A stretch of 61,858 bases of DNA, the filler included, from Sphacelaria rigidula (lineage: Eukaryota), in the NCBI GenBank assembly GCA_964200075.2. It is 7 parts of 7 records of this genome, joined end to end, with 100 filler letters (N's around TTAATTAATTAA, not from the genome) between each part and the next. Parts side by side here need not be neighbours in the genome. Positions count along the whole stretch, not along the records: positions 8,854 to 17,605 come from CAXNAA020010190.1; positions 17,706 to 26,457 come from CAXNAA020010191.1; 5 more parts are not named here. The stretch is one strand, 5' to 3'. The stretch's first letter is position 1. The number at the start of each line of letters is the position of its first letter. Below, piece after piece: positions 12,401 to 24,288 of the stretch. The translations under genes and the position numbers were made by a program. The notes beneath the pieces were generated by a model that saw only the letters and a list, made by a program, of their open reading frames with translations, had not been told where the DNA came from and ran no database searches.

Positions 12401-13676
12401 TCCTATCTGAGGAAGAGGGTGCCAGCACTTTCCGTTGCTAGTTCAGACCCCATTTGGGACCGCCAGGAGGGATATTCAAACTACAGCTGATGCGGGTCCT
12501 AAATAAAAAAAAACGGCTCGGATTTTGCAAGCGCGTTGCACTACAGTAGTATCCTCCGACAGCCCCACCGCGAAACCAGTTCTTAACACAGCCACGGTGG
12601 AAGTGACTATACAAGGCGTGATAGCTGGATCAGACTGGATAAAGCGCCGCGCATGGGTGCTACTGGCGAAACAACCCCAAGCGTGGGCGTAACCCTTACC
12701 CCCGATGTGTGTGTGTGCAGCTTTTTTGTGGGGCATCCATTTTATCCAACTGACGACTGTACTGTACTGATGCTGTGCTCTGGTGTGCTGGTATATCTCA
12801 GCAGACTGCTGAATGATTCTGTGCTTCAAAGATCACTGGCGTATGTCGCCGTTTCGGATCGTTTCGCTGACGGCGGTCGTCGCCGGTGCAACAGTATGAA
12901 GTCTCTCTCAGATACTCAACAAAAGGCGCTCGAAAACTCGATGACCAGTCCAAAGAGGTATGTTTTCAGCATGCTTTGTTACGTGTTCCGTAGCGCTTAG
13001 ACGCAGGTCCTGCTCAAACGATGCCGCTCAATGACGGTGGTTTTTCTGTTGGACTGCTCATATGACATCATGCTTGCACTGCTGTACAGAAACTTCTGGG
13101 TTAGGGTTACATGGTCGAAACCGCTTGCGAATCCCGAGCCTGTTGGACGAAACAAATGAAATTTCGATGGCGACTTCAACCTCACCCAAATGTTGAACCT
13201 TAAAATCGAATCCAGGCTGGTCATTTCCCCTTGGAACTCCCCCAAAAAACTGACAAAAAACTGACAAAAAACGGAAAACGTTTTTTCTTTATTATTCACT
13301 AGCGATTCTCCATATGAAATTTCAAATCGTAACTCTTACAGACTGAGACGCAATATCCAGATCTGGTGCATTAAGTGCCTCTGCTCGAAATGTTTTGAGT
13401 TCAGTATGGAACCTCATGTGCGCCATATCTCGAGACAGATAGCGAATTAGGCGAAAGTGAGGGAGGGTATTGATCGTTTCCCCGTACTCCAGGGAATATC
13501 CACACCACAACTCGCCATCATTTGCCGTATATATTGTTCGGGGTTTCATATAGAATTTAGTATGGACGCTATCTCCATATGGTAGAGAAAAGAGTTGACA
13601 TGGGATTTCATCAACGAGAAAAGGTTGACCTAGACTTTTGAGCACGTGGACACCTTCGCCGTGATCAGACGATTAA

Positions 13677-13768
13677 TACGATACGCGGATGACGGCCTAA
13701 CTCGTGTGTGTCGATGAGATACTGCTGTGAGAGCTTAATTCCTCGTCGAGATCGGCCCAGCTCGTACG
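13677..13768 (-). mobile_element. Terminus of a mariner/Tc1-like non-autonomous element (family C); other copies 35243-35308 (+) and 44259-44345 (-)
   Basis: All three copies share the end TA-CGAGCTGGG..AAGCTCTCA(A/C)AGC..TATCTCA(T/A)CGACACA(G/C)ACGAG, and similarity stops at the TA. The superfamily is inferred only from the TA flank and CGAG terminus. Confidence 0.6.
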
Positions 13769-14517
13769 ACAGGTATAAGGGAAGACATCATGAGCTTCTT
13801 TGGGTCTTGATGCATATCATTAGCGGAAATCCGACGACGTGAAAACACCACATCACCGAAACACTGCAGTTTGGGGTATGACTCGATCCCATATAAGCCA
13901 TCTTCATTTATTTTTGCTCTAGATTCCCTGGTTGATGGCGGTTACGAAGATTTGATTCATTATGAGATGGGGTAGATCTTGTGTCGGAAATTCGTATCTT
14001 GATTTCTGAACAATGTGAAGGCCCCTGATTGGCCGAGAGTCATTCTCACTACCAGCGCTACAGCAAAGAACCCGAGAAGAAATCTGGCTGTCACACTGTA
14101 TCACTGTTCACTTGTGTGTGTCGATCACCATGATGCCACATGTGAATCTATTGGGTGACTTTTGGTCTCTGCATCTAGCGCGGAATACATTTAGGGCATT
14201 CACCGTGAACCAGCCTACATCTGTTCAGAACACCTGACGTGGAAACCTACCCCGGAGCGTAAGTGCCATCAAGCTTTTCCCTCACGTAAAATACAACAAG
14301 GGTTACAAAATGCTGCACCTACAAAGCGGAGATAACCTCGTCACCACCAACTGCTAACTCTAAATCTTCACACCAAAACCTAATACACGGAGACACAAGA
14401 CAGTGCAAGACAAAAGAAGGGAAAAAAAAAACCGCAAGAAAACGCACAGGCGCTCGCTCACATGCACACACGGAATACATACCGTTCACGTCCACCTTTA
14501 AACACCAAATAAAAACA

Positions 14518-16993
14518 CTATGCGGCGAACTTGAGACAGCGTGTCTCCTTATGCTGTTCGCTACACTTGGAGCTGCAAAACCGAGAGCCGCAGCGCGTGC
14601 AGGTATACAGGCCATGGTAGCCACATACAGAGCAGAACGGAGTCGGCGGTTTCTTCGACACCGGAGCCTCGATGCTCAGAGCCGTCGCACCCCCGGGGTA
14701 CACACAAAGATCTGCAGTCTGCCCAACCAACAGACGCAACAAGAACGGAAGAGGCAAGGCAAGGCAGAGGTGCGGAAGAACGAGTGACATCTACAGGAGT
14801 TGTCAAAACATGATCTCCATGTGCTTCACATGTGGTGAGCGAAAGCGCGCGCGCGCGCAACGGGGTTTACTCGTCACCTGTCGGGCGTCATACCTCTTTC
14901 CGGAACGATATCACCGGCTGACGGCGCCGACCCCGATGCTCTCATTGGGAAGGTCCTGTGTGTGTTTTGCGAGTACCACCTCCACTAACAACAGACCCCG
15001 TGTTTTGGGGTCCCCGACCCCTGATTCATGTATAATCGCATAGCCAAAACATTCGTATAATACTACGTGTATTTAAACTGGTCTACCTAGAGTCCTCCTA
15101 TGGGGGCAGACAGGGGGGGTGTACTCATGATCTTGCACGTCGCAATCATGATAAGTCGATTAATCTCGCATCCCTACAAAGCCGCGATGAAGCACGCCGG
15201 GTTTTCGCCGGACCAGGCTCGCGATCACCAACAGCGAAGTGCCATGATGTGTTCGGCGAATCACATGAGGGGTGATCTTCATCCTGCTTGAATTGTTCGG
15301 TCCGATGCGTACTAACTATCTTGCATGTGGCTGACAACCTCGATTTGTTTCATTTTCTGGTATCGTCACTTCCACAGAGTAGGGGAAGGGGGGGAGAAGT
15401 GCCCTAGAGAGCAAAATCTTTTGAACAAAGGAGATTCTGGCCGAGAACGAACATCACATGTATGTTTTCATTTTAGCACGCCAACATCTATAGTACATCG
15501 GCTGAGGTAACGAAGATCATGTTCAAGACACTCAGTGTACGCTAACTACTGGGCGGATGCTTGATTCTGATGACATGCGTCACTCTTCGCATCATTTATT
15601 AGCCAGGAAAACACGCTCTCGGTCATTTGTGAGTTCCAGTCCTTACGGGATTAAACGCGGAGATATCTGCCAACGTTCGGGAGAGTCGTTCCAAATTCGC
15701 CGATGTTCGAGATCTGCTCAACACACGCGTTCTGGAATGAACATATGCTTCATGTCATGTCGAATATGTACGTGTGAAGCACTTTGCTAGGAGCGACAGC
15801 GGCAGCGACAGCAACAGCAGCAGTTATGCTCTCACCAACTCGTACAGGACCTGGTGCAAGCTCTTGAACTTTCGCTCCTTCCTGCATCACACAGCAGCAA
15901 GAAGCAAAACGAAGCCGATGTGAGAAAATTTCGCTTGGGTGGAAGTGCAGGGTAGAGACGAGGTAGGCTCACCGCAACACAGCTCCAACTTGAAAAAAAC
16001 AGGTGTTGGACAACGAAATCCGACGACGCACTCAAGAACCAGGTCGCCAACCCCGACGAAGGTGGCCGACGGTTCGAGGAGCGAAGACTCCAGCTCACAC
16101 CGTAAACTGCATTTCACCAAAGTAGATTACGCTCTTTCTCCCAAACCCGGTGTTCTTCAACGTTTGTCAGCATCACAGAGCTTTTCCGCGGGTGGCTGCA
16201 TTGTTTCCTCCCAGGGGTGTTTCTCCGAGTGCATTACTGAGTGATGCGCTGAGTAATGTCAGGCGCGAATTCTCTCAAAGTAACGACAAGCCAAAGGTCA
16301 CAACAACCGCCGTTGGTCATCCACAGCGTTCAATATTCTGCGTTGCTGCTACCTCTTCACCCCCCCGACTTCCCCGCTCCTGGCCACCCTCGGAACAGTT
16401 ACAGATTCAACTTGTGACTCCCATCATCCGTCATCAGATGTTGACTGAATTTGGGCTGCTACGTGAGCGTTTTTTTTTTTTGCAATGCACACCAATGAAT
16501 ATTAGCTAAATCGCAGTGCTTGCTTGCTTGATCGATTGATTGTCGCGCATTAGCTGAACTCCCAGGGATGTATTTTGCTGTGTGGTCACAGGATAGACGT
16601 TCGGACCCGAGGTGAAACAAAGCGGAAGCACTCGGCGGAGAAAACTTGAGAAAAAGAGAACCCCCCCCCCCCCCCTCCAAAAAACAAATAGGAATAAACT
16701 CAACAAAAAAACTAGAAACGATCAAGACAGAAATCAAGAAAAAAACACTATAGTAGCACGCAGTCTTTGATAATCCTGTCTAACATGCGCCATCAGTCGA
16801 ACGGTATCCAAAAGCATGCTAGCTAACGTAAAGTGCTTCTTTCAAAAACTCGTAGTGTCGGTTCAACCCACCATGGATCCTTCTCCCCCTTCTTCAGCTT
16901 CCCCGTGAGCGGCTTTCCGCTCCTCCTAGCCCTCTGCGCTCCCACTCGTTCGTCGTCCTCATCCAATCCGAACTCGTCATCTTGCTCGTTGTT
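14518..16993 (-). CDS. SWC6: SWR1 complex subunit 6 / zinc finger HIT domain protein 1 (Vps71/SWC6), 5'-partial
   Basis: Exons 16993-16872, 15881-15836 and 14718-14518 have GT-AG junctions and consistent phases. Product NNEQDDEFGLDEDD..GEKDPW-KERKFKSLHQVLYEL-TADLCVYPGGATALSIEAPVSKKPPTPFCSVCGYHGLYTCTRCGSRFCSSKCSEQHKETRCLKFAA*. The zf-HIT and terminal HKETRCLKF are typical of SWC6/ZNHIT1. Confidence 0.9.
15112..15380 (+). repeat. Interspersed repeat family A, intronic partial copy
   Basis: G-run then GTACTCATGATCTTGCA..CTCGCATCCCTACAAAGCC..CCGGACCAGGCTCGCGATCA..CTTCATCCTGCT..TTTTCTGGTATCGTCACTTCCA; collinear with 55731-56258 and 57347-57830. Confidence 0.85.
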
Positions 16994-17532
16994 CTGCTCC
17001 ATATGTGGCAGGCATTGGTTCACAGAGCAGGAAAAAGGCGGGGAAGGTACTGTTATTCGCTGCTGTGTTTTCTACACACGCTTGTTGTCGAATCATGCTG
17101 CCCGGCGGTTAGAGAGCTGACCAAGGGGGACCCAGCTATGCAAACTACGATGATCGATGAGTACGTACGAGCGCCGCATATCCACAGAGTGGAGGAATGC
17201 AACATGTCCTGAGTTTTGAGGTGAACTGGCCAATCCACGAGTTCCACACTCACTGCATTTTGCACGTTTTCCAGTGCTGCCAGAGTAGTCTAGCTCGTTT
17301 ATTGATGGTGAGAATTCGCTGTAGCAGCCTGTGCTTGCGTGAGCGTGATTGTGTATGTAATGGTGAGACCTTTGGCCAATCATGTGCCAGCTATCGTTCG
17401 GCCGGATGCCATCTCAGCAATACAAATCTAGACTCATTCACGGGAAAATTCTCGGAGACGATAAAGCGATGATACGCAACAAGAATAGCTCGCCCGAGCG
17501 GTCGGGATTGAGCGTATAGCACGCGGATGGCA

Positions 17533-17605
17533 TGGGGGGCGTACTCATTTGTTACTTGCCTTAGTCGTTTGACCCTTGACCACGCATCCCTTTCGAGACG
17601 GAGCA
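17533..17605 (+). repeat. Repeat subfamily A2; other copies 26250-26457 (-), 27236-27311 (+), 53109-53290 (+)
   Basis: GGGCGTACTCATTTGTT(A/G)CTTGCCTTA(G/C)TC..TTGACCACGCAT(C/G)CCTTTCGAGA(C/G)GGAGCA. The continuation CCGTTCCTACTCCTAACAGAGACACCTCCAAC is seen at the start of contig 7 and, diverged, at ~26280-26320 on the minus strand. Confidence 0.8.
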
Positions 17606-18639
17606 NNNNNNNNNNNNNNNNNNNNNNNNNNNNNNNNNNNNNNNNNNNNTTAATTAATTAANNNNNNNNNNNNNNNNNNNNNNNNNNNNNNNNNNNNNNN
17701 NNNNNAACCCTAACCATAGGGGTTTTCAAATTCCGATGCGGTCCCCTAAGCACGCGGTCCTCTCACGCATTACACTCTCACGCATTACAAGGCCAACACA
17801 GGAATGTTTTTTTTTTTGCCTGCTCAGCCTTGCGCGTGAAGAAAAAAAAACAATCGGAACAGAATCTGACCCTTGTTCGCCCCCGGCTGCGGCGCTGCAC
17901 CACGCAAGTGGAGATGGAACAATATGGGCTTGTTGGCTGTGCTTCACAGGACATGTGGCCTAGATTTCAACGCGTGAAAGAACCCACAGCGCACGTATGG
18001 GCGTTCCTCCGCACCTCAGCTCCTCTGCAGGCAGTGTGTGACTGGGTTTCGCAGAGCAGTGTTACGCCCGGTTTAGTGTCACGTTTTTCACCACCACCCC
18101 CAAAATGAAGACGCGACGGAGTCTAAGAAGTGTACAGAAGACTATATCGCAACTAAAGCGATACACAGCTGTAGTACGTATCTTACACCACCCCTCCGTC
18201 GAATTCCGGTTCAATTCAATCCAGTACAGCAAACGCACGATCGACGGATGACTGGAAAAAGGCCACGGAAATCTGTACAAGCCAAAAAGCCATTTTCCAA
18301 TATGGCCTACCTAAAAGCGATCGCAGATAACTTGCGCTGCACGAACGGCGGGTAGCTGAAACTTGAGAGGCGGGTAGTAATTGCTAATAGCCATCGTTCA
18401 GCATCAATTTTTCACCAATCAGTTCCCGGCATCGTGCGTAACTTGCAAAAGATGAACCTTGCTATACGCCAACATTTGTCGTTACGGCGGGGGTATGTGC
18501 GACCGCAACGTAATGGGCTGATAGCTATGCGTCTTAGCTACACATAGCAATTTGATTTGTCTCTGCAGCTGCTGTGTGTGTTGAGATATTCGTATTTCGG
18601 CGGGGGGTATTGGGACACATGAGATGCGGTGGAAAAGCG

Positions 18640-18850
18640 TGTAATGCGTGAGAGGACCGCGTACATAGAGGACCGCATCAGAATTTGAACACCTCTATGA
18701 TTAGGGTTAGGGTTAGTGTTAGTGTTGGGGCTCGGGTCAGGGGCGTGGTACTTGCAGGGACTGACCCGATTGGTTTTGGAAAACGTCGATCCTGAGGTAT
18801 TTTGTACTACGGCGCGGTCCTCTAAGCACGCGGTCCTCTCACGCATTACA
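18640..18850. mobile_element. MITE with TGT...ACA termini and internal telomere-like repeats (Ginger/TDD-like); copies at 24086-24288 and 17706-17789 (partial)
   Basis: ~36-bp TIR TGTAATGCGTGAGAGGACCGCGT..TAGAGGACCGC; perfect 5-bp TSD AAGCG (18635-18639 / 18851-18855); internal TTAGGGTTAGGGTTAGTGTTAGTG. Confidence 0.85.
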
Positions 18851-21800
18851 AAGCGTGTCAGATACTCCGGAGTATACAAAGAGGGGCGATATCCAAAATA
18901 AGCCGGTGGCAAATGCGCCGCGTTGAGGTGTGTTCGTTGTCGTACAAATATTTTCCCACACTCTTTCATGGCAACAACAGCGTTGATCGTCAGTAGAGAA
19001 GATATTTCAAGCAAGTGCATGCCGTTATAGCTGCGGTGGCGCGTGAGGTTGCTGCCCACGGCGTAGAGTGCCAACAGACGTATGTATACTGTCGTCAGCG
19101 AGGCGGTGACCCCTTCGCGTCTAAGGTCAGTTCTCATGGCAAACAAACAACGCCAAAAAAATACTGTACTGGGCCAGCTGACAGTGATTTGCGAACGTAT
19201 CGTGGCCAGGCGGTTGGTAATCCGAAGCGTTGGGCGCTGAAATTTTGACACAATATTTGTATCATCACTATGCACAACCTTCCCGGGGATACCAAGGAAA
19301 CACACACACACACATAGAGCGATTTGAATTTTCTGCGAAATCTAGAAGAATGTTATAACTCTGTGAAAAAAAAAAAACGCGGGCATCGCTACCGTAATTG
19401 TGCGTCCTTCATTGGAGGACATCCCGGTGGAATTGCGGCCAAACCTTCCAGAAATTTGGCTCAGCATTCAACTTTTCGTATGGCACGGCTGCGCTCCTAT
19501 AATCCAAGTGACGTAGTTGACTCCAATTATGGAGGTCACGAGTGCGAATCCCGATGGATTCCTTTTCTCTGTTCCATCGGTTGGGTGATACATCCTGCCG
19601 TACATTTTTTTTCCTATCAGTGGCGGTCCCGTGCGATACCACATTGGTCTGCCGGTCACACCGAAATACTCAGGTCGGGCTGGTTTGGCAAACTTGATAA
19701 GTTATTATGGTGTGACATGGAAATGCAGGATTTACCGCCGGCCCAGCCCATAGCGCTATTTTCTGCTCATGTGTGTTATTTTGCGTCCGAAAGGGAGCTA
19801 GGGGAGCGTTGACACTTCATATTGGCTTTTTATTCTGCACGAAAAAATACTCGAGGATACCGTAATTGTTTCTGGTAATGGAAGTTTTCCTTTTTTACAC
19901 ATACACTCATCTGCCAGAGTGGTCAAGTCCAGTGTAACAGTAATCCGTGTCATATTCGCATTCTCCGGTGGTCGAAGAATTGTTTCGACTGGGCTAGCAT
20001 TTTCGTCTAAGAACAGTCGACACGAGTTGATAAGTATCATGGATTTCTACACCTGACCACCACTTCATCGTAAACTCGATTGATGTTCATAGTTCTTGGA
20101 CGAACATACAACTTCGGCAAAAAAACAAGATGCAAGCATCTAAATACGTTCATGTGACGTGACAGGTTTTCCGAGGATGAACGCAAGGCATACCGAGGAG
20201 GCAACATTCTCCCAGCCATCACTTACGCCCAAAACAAAGAAAAATGACAAAAAAAACTGCGGTTTAACGTGTTGTTTTTGCCGTAATAAGCGGTTGATAT
20301 GAAACGTGGCGAAAATCGCCCCGAAGTGTGATGCGCAAGACCGTTGGTGACACGACCCTCCGGTTCGGTGCACATGGTGCAATATCACGGATGTCGGCGA
20401 GAGTGTGGTGAAGAGCACCAGCCGATGTTTTTCGTCGGACCATTCAGCACAATAGTGATAGGGATGATTCCCGGCACTTGTCCCCTTGCGCGAACGCCAT
20501 AGCGTTGAGGAGCGAGCGTTGGCAGTGCTTCACGGTAAATTGACAGGTTGACTGACATACTAGGGTGACGGTCAGATTAGTCGTCTTGCGTTGAAACACT
20601 CACTTCATTGACATTACCAGGTAGCCTCATGCACCACAGGCGATTCGCTGACGGGCGTAGCCAGATCACCCCCAATACACTATTGCATCCCACGGTGCAT
20701 CGCACATCCACGAGCAATCATGGCCATGCACATGAGACACGGCTCATTACTACAGCGTGGAAAATACAACCTTGAGTTGTACAGAAACGTTTGCGCATTC
20801 TATCTACAGAAAAAACGGACCCAATATTATCCGCAGACTGGAATCAAAACGCGAAATCTCCCTCATTGTCGTCGCCCGCTGCCGATGCCGAGTCCTCTCT
20901 CTCGGACCCGCTGCATTCTGAATCAGGATCTCCGATCCAGATCTCGGCTGCAGAGTTGGACTTGTGTCTGACGGGTTTATCTAATCCGCCGTCGCAAAAG
21001 TAGCCACCGATGGGATTTTGTCCCGGATGCGTCCCCCCTACCCCCTGCCTCCCGCCGCCATGCCGGTAACGCCCCTCACCATCGGTCACACCAACAGGTG
21101 CCCCTGGCACGTTGCTCGCTCCACTTGCCGCGCCACTTCCGCGTGATGCAGCCGACTCGCCCCTTGCATGCTTCGCTGTTGAGCGGTCTTTCCTTTTGCG
21201 CGATTCCTCGCGTGCGCGGCCATCTACGCCGGCGGTTCCACGGATCGAATCTGGTCCCGAGTGCGCTACGCCCACCACCTCCCCCCCGGCGCCGCGCCGG
21301 CGAGGCTCCTTGCCGTCAGTAGTATAAACAGGTGTTCCGGGTGCGCTGCTTGCTCGAGATGCCGCCCGCATTCCACGTGATGCAGTCGACCCACCCCTCG
21401 AATGCTCCGCTGTTGATCGGCTTCTTCCGTTTCGCGATCGGCCACGTGCACCGCTATGTCCGTCGCCGGTTTCCTCAGCGGGATCCGCGGCGGCCGCTCG
21501 GGAAGGGGGCGGGGGCAGGAAGAAGCGATGCTGGCAACCGCAACTCAGAGTGCAGTTCCCCGAACACCTGCAACTCCGGCATCTGTGTTGTGATGCCGCC
21601 CTTTCCGGGTTGCATGCACATCTGAGTATTTGCACGTTTCCGGATATGTCGACGTATGTGTGACTCGACAAGTACACCACAATGTTCACGCGTCACAGCT
21701 CCACCCCCGCTTTGCTCGACGATTTTACATCACCCTTGTGGTGAGTTCTCCTCTCAGGTTCTATGCCCCACCCGCGTCCGTTGAAATTTACTGGGGGCAT

Positions 21801-22917
21801 GCTGCGTAGGAAGCTTCCCCACCAGTATTCGAACACCGCATTGGACTTACTGAGGTGCTTCTTACAGGCGTCTAGGTCTGGGCAGCAGCGGGAAGGCTCC
21901 CGACCACCGCGCCTGGCGCCCGAGAGTCACAGAACAGTGCGATCGCCCTGTGTTTTCCATACGATTGGGGGCTGGACTCCTCTCCTACTGCGTCTTCGTC
22001 GCCGACGTGGCCGCCAGCAATTGCCCTCATATTTGACGTCGACACTGCAGGTTCCACGCCTGTCGGCCCAGAACGTTTCTCAACCACATTTGTGTCATGT
22101 GCCGGGCGGGATGGCGGCCGCAGATACGCAAGTGTTTCACACTACCTGCCCGCGTGACATGCAACAACGCGTATGCGTGCAAGAACTTTGTTATGTGCAA
22201 TATTATAGACGTTTACTGAGTCAGTCGGGGAATCTTGTGTATATATAATCCTATATATATATTCCACGCATGCTCACGTCCTGCGTTTGGTTCGAAAGCC
22301 GCAGTCATCACCTTGAAGGAAGCAGTGAGGAGCGTGCGGTCATCACCTGCGATAGCTCGCGGGGTTACTACAATAGTAAATTGAAGATGCTCTTACCTCG
22401 GGATCGGTTCTGGTGTCGTATGTGACGCTCGGGCTGCCCCGGGCGGTGTCTCAGCAGGCGCCCGGACGTTACATCCCATGAGCTAGCCCTGGGGATCCTC
22501 CACATCTGCCGCGAGAGGTATGTACAGGGGGGTGGTTAGGTGGGGAGTTGAACACCAACGCTTCTGACCGAGCGTGTCATCTACCCTGCCGTTCTCATGT
22601 TCTCGCCTCCTGTGGCGACGGGGGTGTATGTTCTCTGTCGCATGAAGCGGTCGCGGCGGTCCTGTTGTGATTCTGAAGTACCATCAAAAATGAGAAGTCG
22701 AAATCTATGTCCATGTCAACGACGTGAATCTCGATCCACTCCATCAGTTAGTTACTTGATCCGGGTATCAGATTACTAAATTGGACTCCTTCTCCAGCTC
22801 GGGACAGACACTACGTGCGAGTTGTACGTTCGTTTGTGTACAAGGCGAGCCGTCGATTTATTACGGCCCCGCTGTTTTCAGAACGTGATGCAGATACGTC
22901 TCCATCGCATTGCTTTA

Positions 22918-23326
22918 GAATTTCAAGAAGTCAGGTTGCACGATGAAATAGGGTTCAAGCCCAAAACAGTGCCTTCCCCACACCTTCCGCAATGGTGCCC
23001 AATGACTTTGCTGTCAGCCTAATGCCCCCCGATCGCGTAGATACTTCTTTACGCAATTTACCGACTCTGTGAGCTTACGGCGGTGGCCGAAACCGTGATT
23101 GTCCCTGATATCACCCCCCCTCCCCAAACAAATGAGGGAAAATTACGGTTTAGGGCAGCGCTGTATATGCTCACAGAGTCGGTAAAATGCGCTGAAGACG
23201 TACCTACGCGATCAAGGGGCATGAGGCTGACGAAAAGTTCATAGGGCATAATCGCTGAAAGTGTGGGGAAATCACTGTTTTGGGCTTGAACCTCATTTTA
23301 TCGTGCAACCTCATTTCATAGATTTC
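22918..23326. mobile_element. Foldback/MITE with ~190-bp imperfect inverted arms
   Basis: AGGTTGCACGATGAAATAGGGTTCAAGCCCAAAACAGTG..TTTACCGACTCTGTGAGC pairs with GCTCACAGAGTCGGTAAA..CACTGTTTTGGGCTTGAACCTCATTTTATCGTGCAACCT. Confidence 0.8.
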
Positions 23327-23394
23327 CCTGTTTCTTGCTGTGAACGCCCTTCAGTACAGAGCTATCACTATATACTTCGCCGGGAGCACAATGC

Positions 23395-23520
23395 TCTGTA
23401 CTGCACTGAACTGTACTGTACTGTACTACACTGTACTACACTGTACCGTACTGTGCTATGCTGTACACTACTGTGTTGAGCTGTACTGTACTGTGATGCG
23501 CTGCGCTGCGCTGTGGTGTG
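23395..23520. repeat. Degenerate pentanucleotide microsatellite (CTGTA/CTGCA/CTACA)n
   Basis: ctgta ctgca ctgaa ctgta ctgta ctgta ctaca ... read directly from the sequence. Confidence 0.9.
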
Positions 23521-24085
23521 CTCTATCTCGCTCATATGTGCTGTTGGTGCAGTACACGGCAGTCCAGATGACTCATGCACTGGTACGGATAAAAAATTGA
23601 AACGTTTTCAAGCTTCAGTCATGTCGTTTAAGTTACAGCATGGATGGATTTCAACACAAGCTTTTGCTATAGAACGATTGACCTCTCTAGACGGTGAAAA
23701 ACTTTCCCAGTCTCAGCCCGTGGCGTCATGCGAGCGCCGTGCTCTGCCATGACACCGGAGGTGAGGTTCGAAAGGGGGGGGGTGGTGTTCGCCCAGGCTG
23801 CACGGATTCTGCAAATGCTCCAAGCAGACAGCACCATTGCGGATGCAACTTGCGAGAGGAACTGCTTGTCAGTATATGAATACACTTCGATCGTCTTTGA
23901 GCCCACTCCTTCCACTTGGGCGATGCTTTCAGGTCCGCTGTGCGCGGAACCTCGGGTCGAAATTACGATATTTGCCATCATCCACCGTTTCTCGCGGACA
24001 CCGCGGAGGCGTCTATCTCGCTATAAATAAAGAAAACTTTCCCCGGCGTAACACTGAGAGATTGTCATTTTTCAGCGGGAGTTCC

Positions 24086-24288
24086 TGTAATGCGTGAGAG
24101 GACCGCGTGCGTAGAGGACCGCACCGTGGTAGTTCAAAACACCTCAGGATCGACGTTTTTGCAAAACCAATCGCGCCAGTCCCTGCAGGTACCACGCCCC
24201 TGAACATAACCCTAATACTAACCCTAACCATAGGGATGTTAAAATTCCGATGCGATCCTCGAAGCACGCGGTCCTCTCACGCATTACA
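24086..24288. mobile_element. Second full copy of the TGT...ACA MITE, in opposite orientation
   Basis: Same TIRs as 18640-18850; flanks GTTCC/GTCCC (5-bp TSD with one mismatch); internal TAACCCTAATACTAACCCTAACC. Confidence 0.85.

Noticed and set aside
12997..13645. Possible Mononegavirales L-protein fragment (LKSLGQPF resembling the GHP motif)
   Set aside because: No downstream polymerase motifs (KERE, GDN). The adjoining sequence belongs to non-coding repeat families also present at 35243, 44259 and 51840-52110.
14874..14960. Extra SWC6 exon
   Set aside because: It has acceptor- and donor-like sites, but the phase-0 reading hits TGA, while the direct join 15836 to 14718 gives the expected SWC6 spacing.
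17706..17720. Telomere at contig start (AACCCTAACC)
   Set aside because: It is the internal telomere-like tract of the TGT..ACA MITE (compare ~24205-24288).
18538..19311. 257-aa ORF as a gene
   Set aside because: It runs through a MITE and reads TNTNPNPN from telomere-like repeats; no domain, codon bias or splice support.
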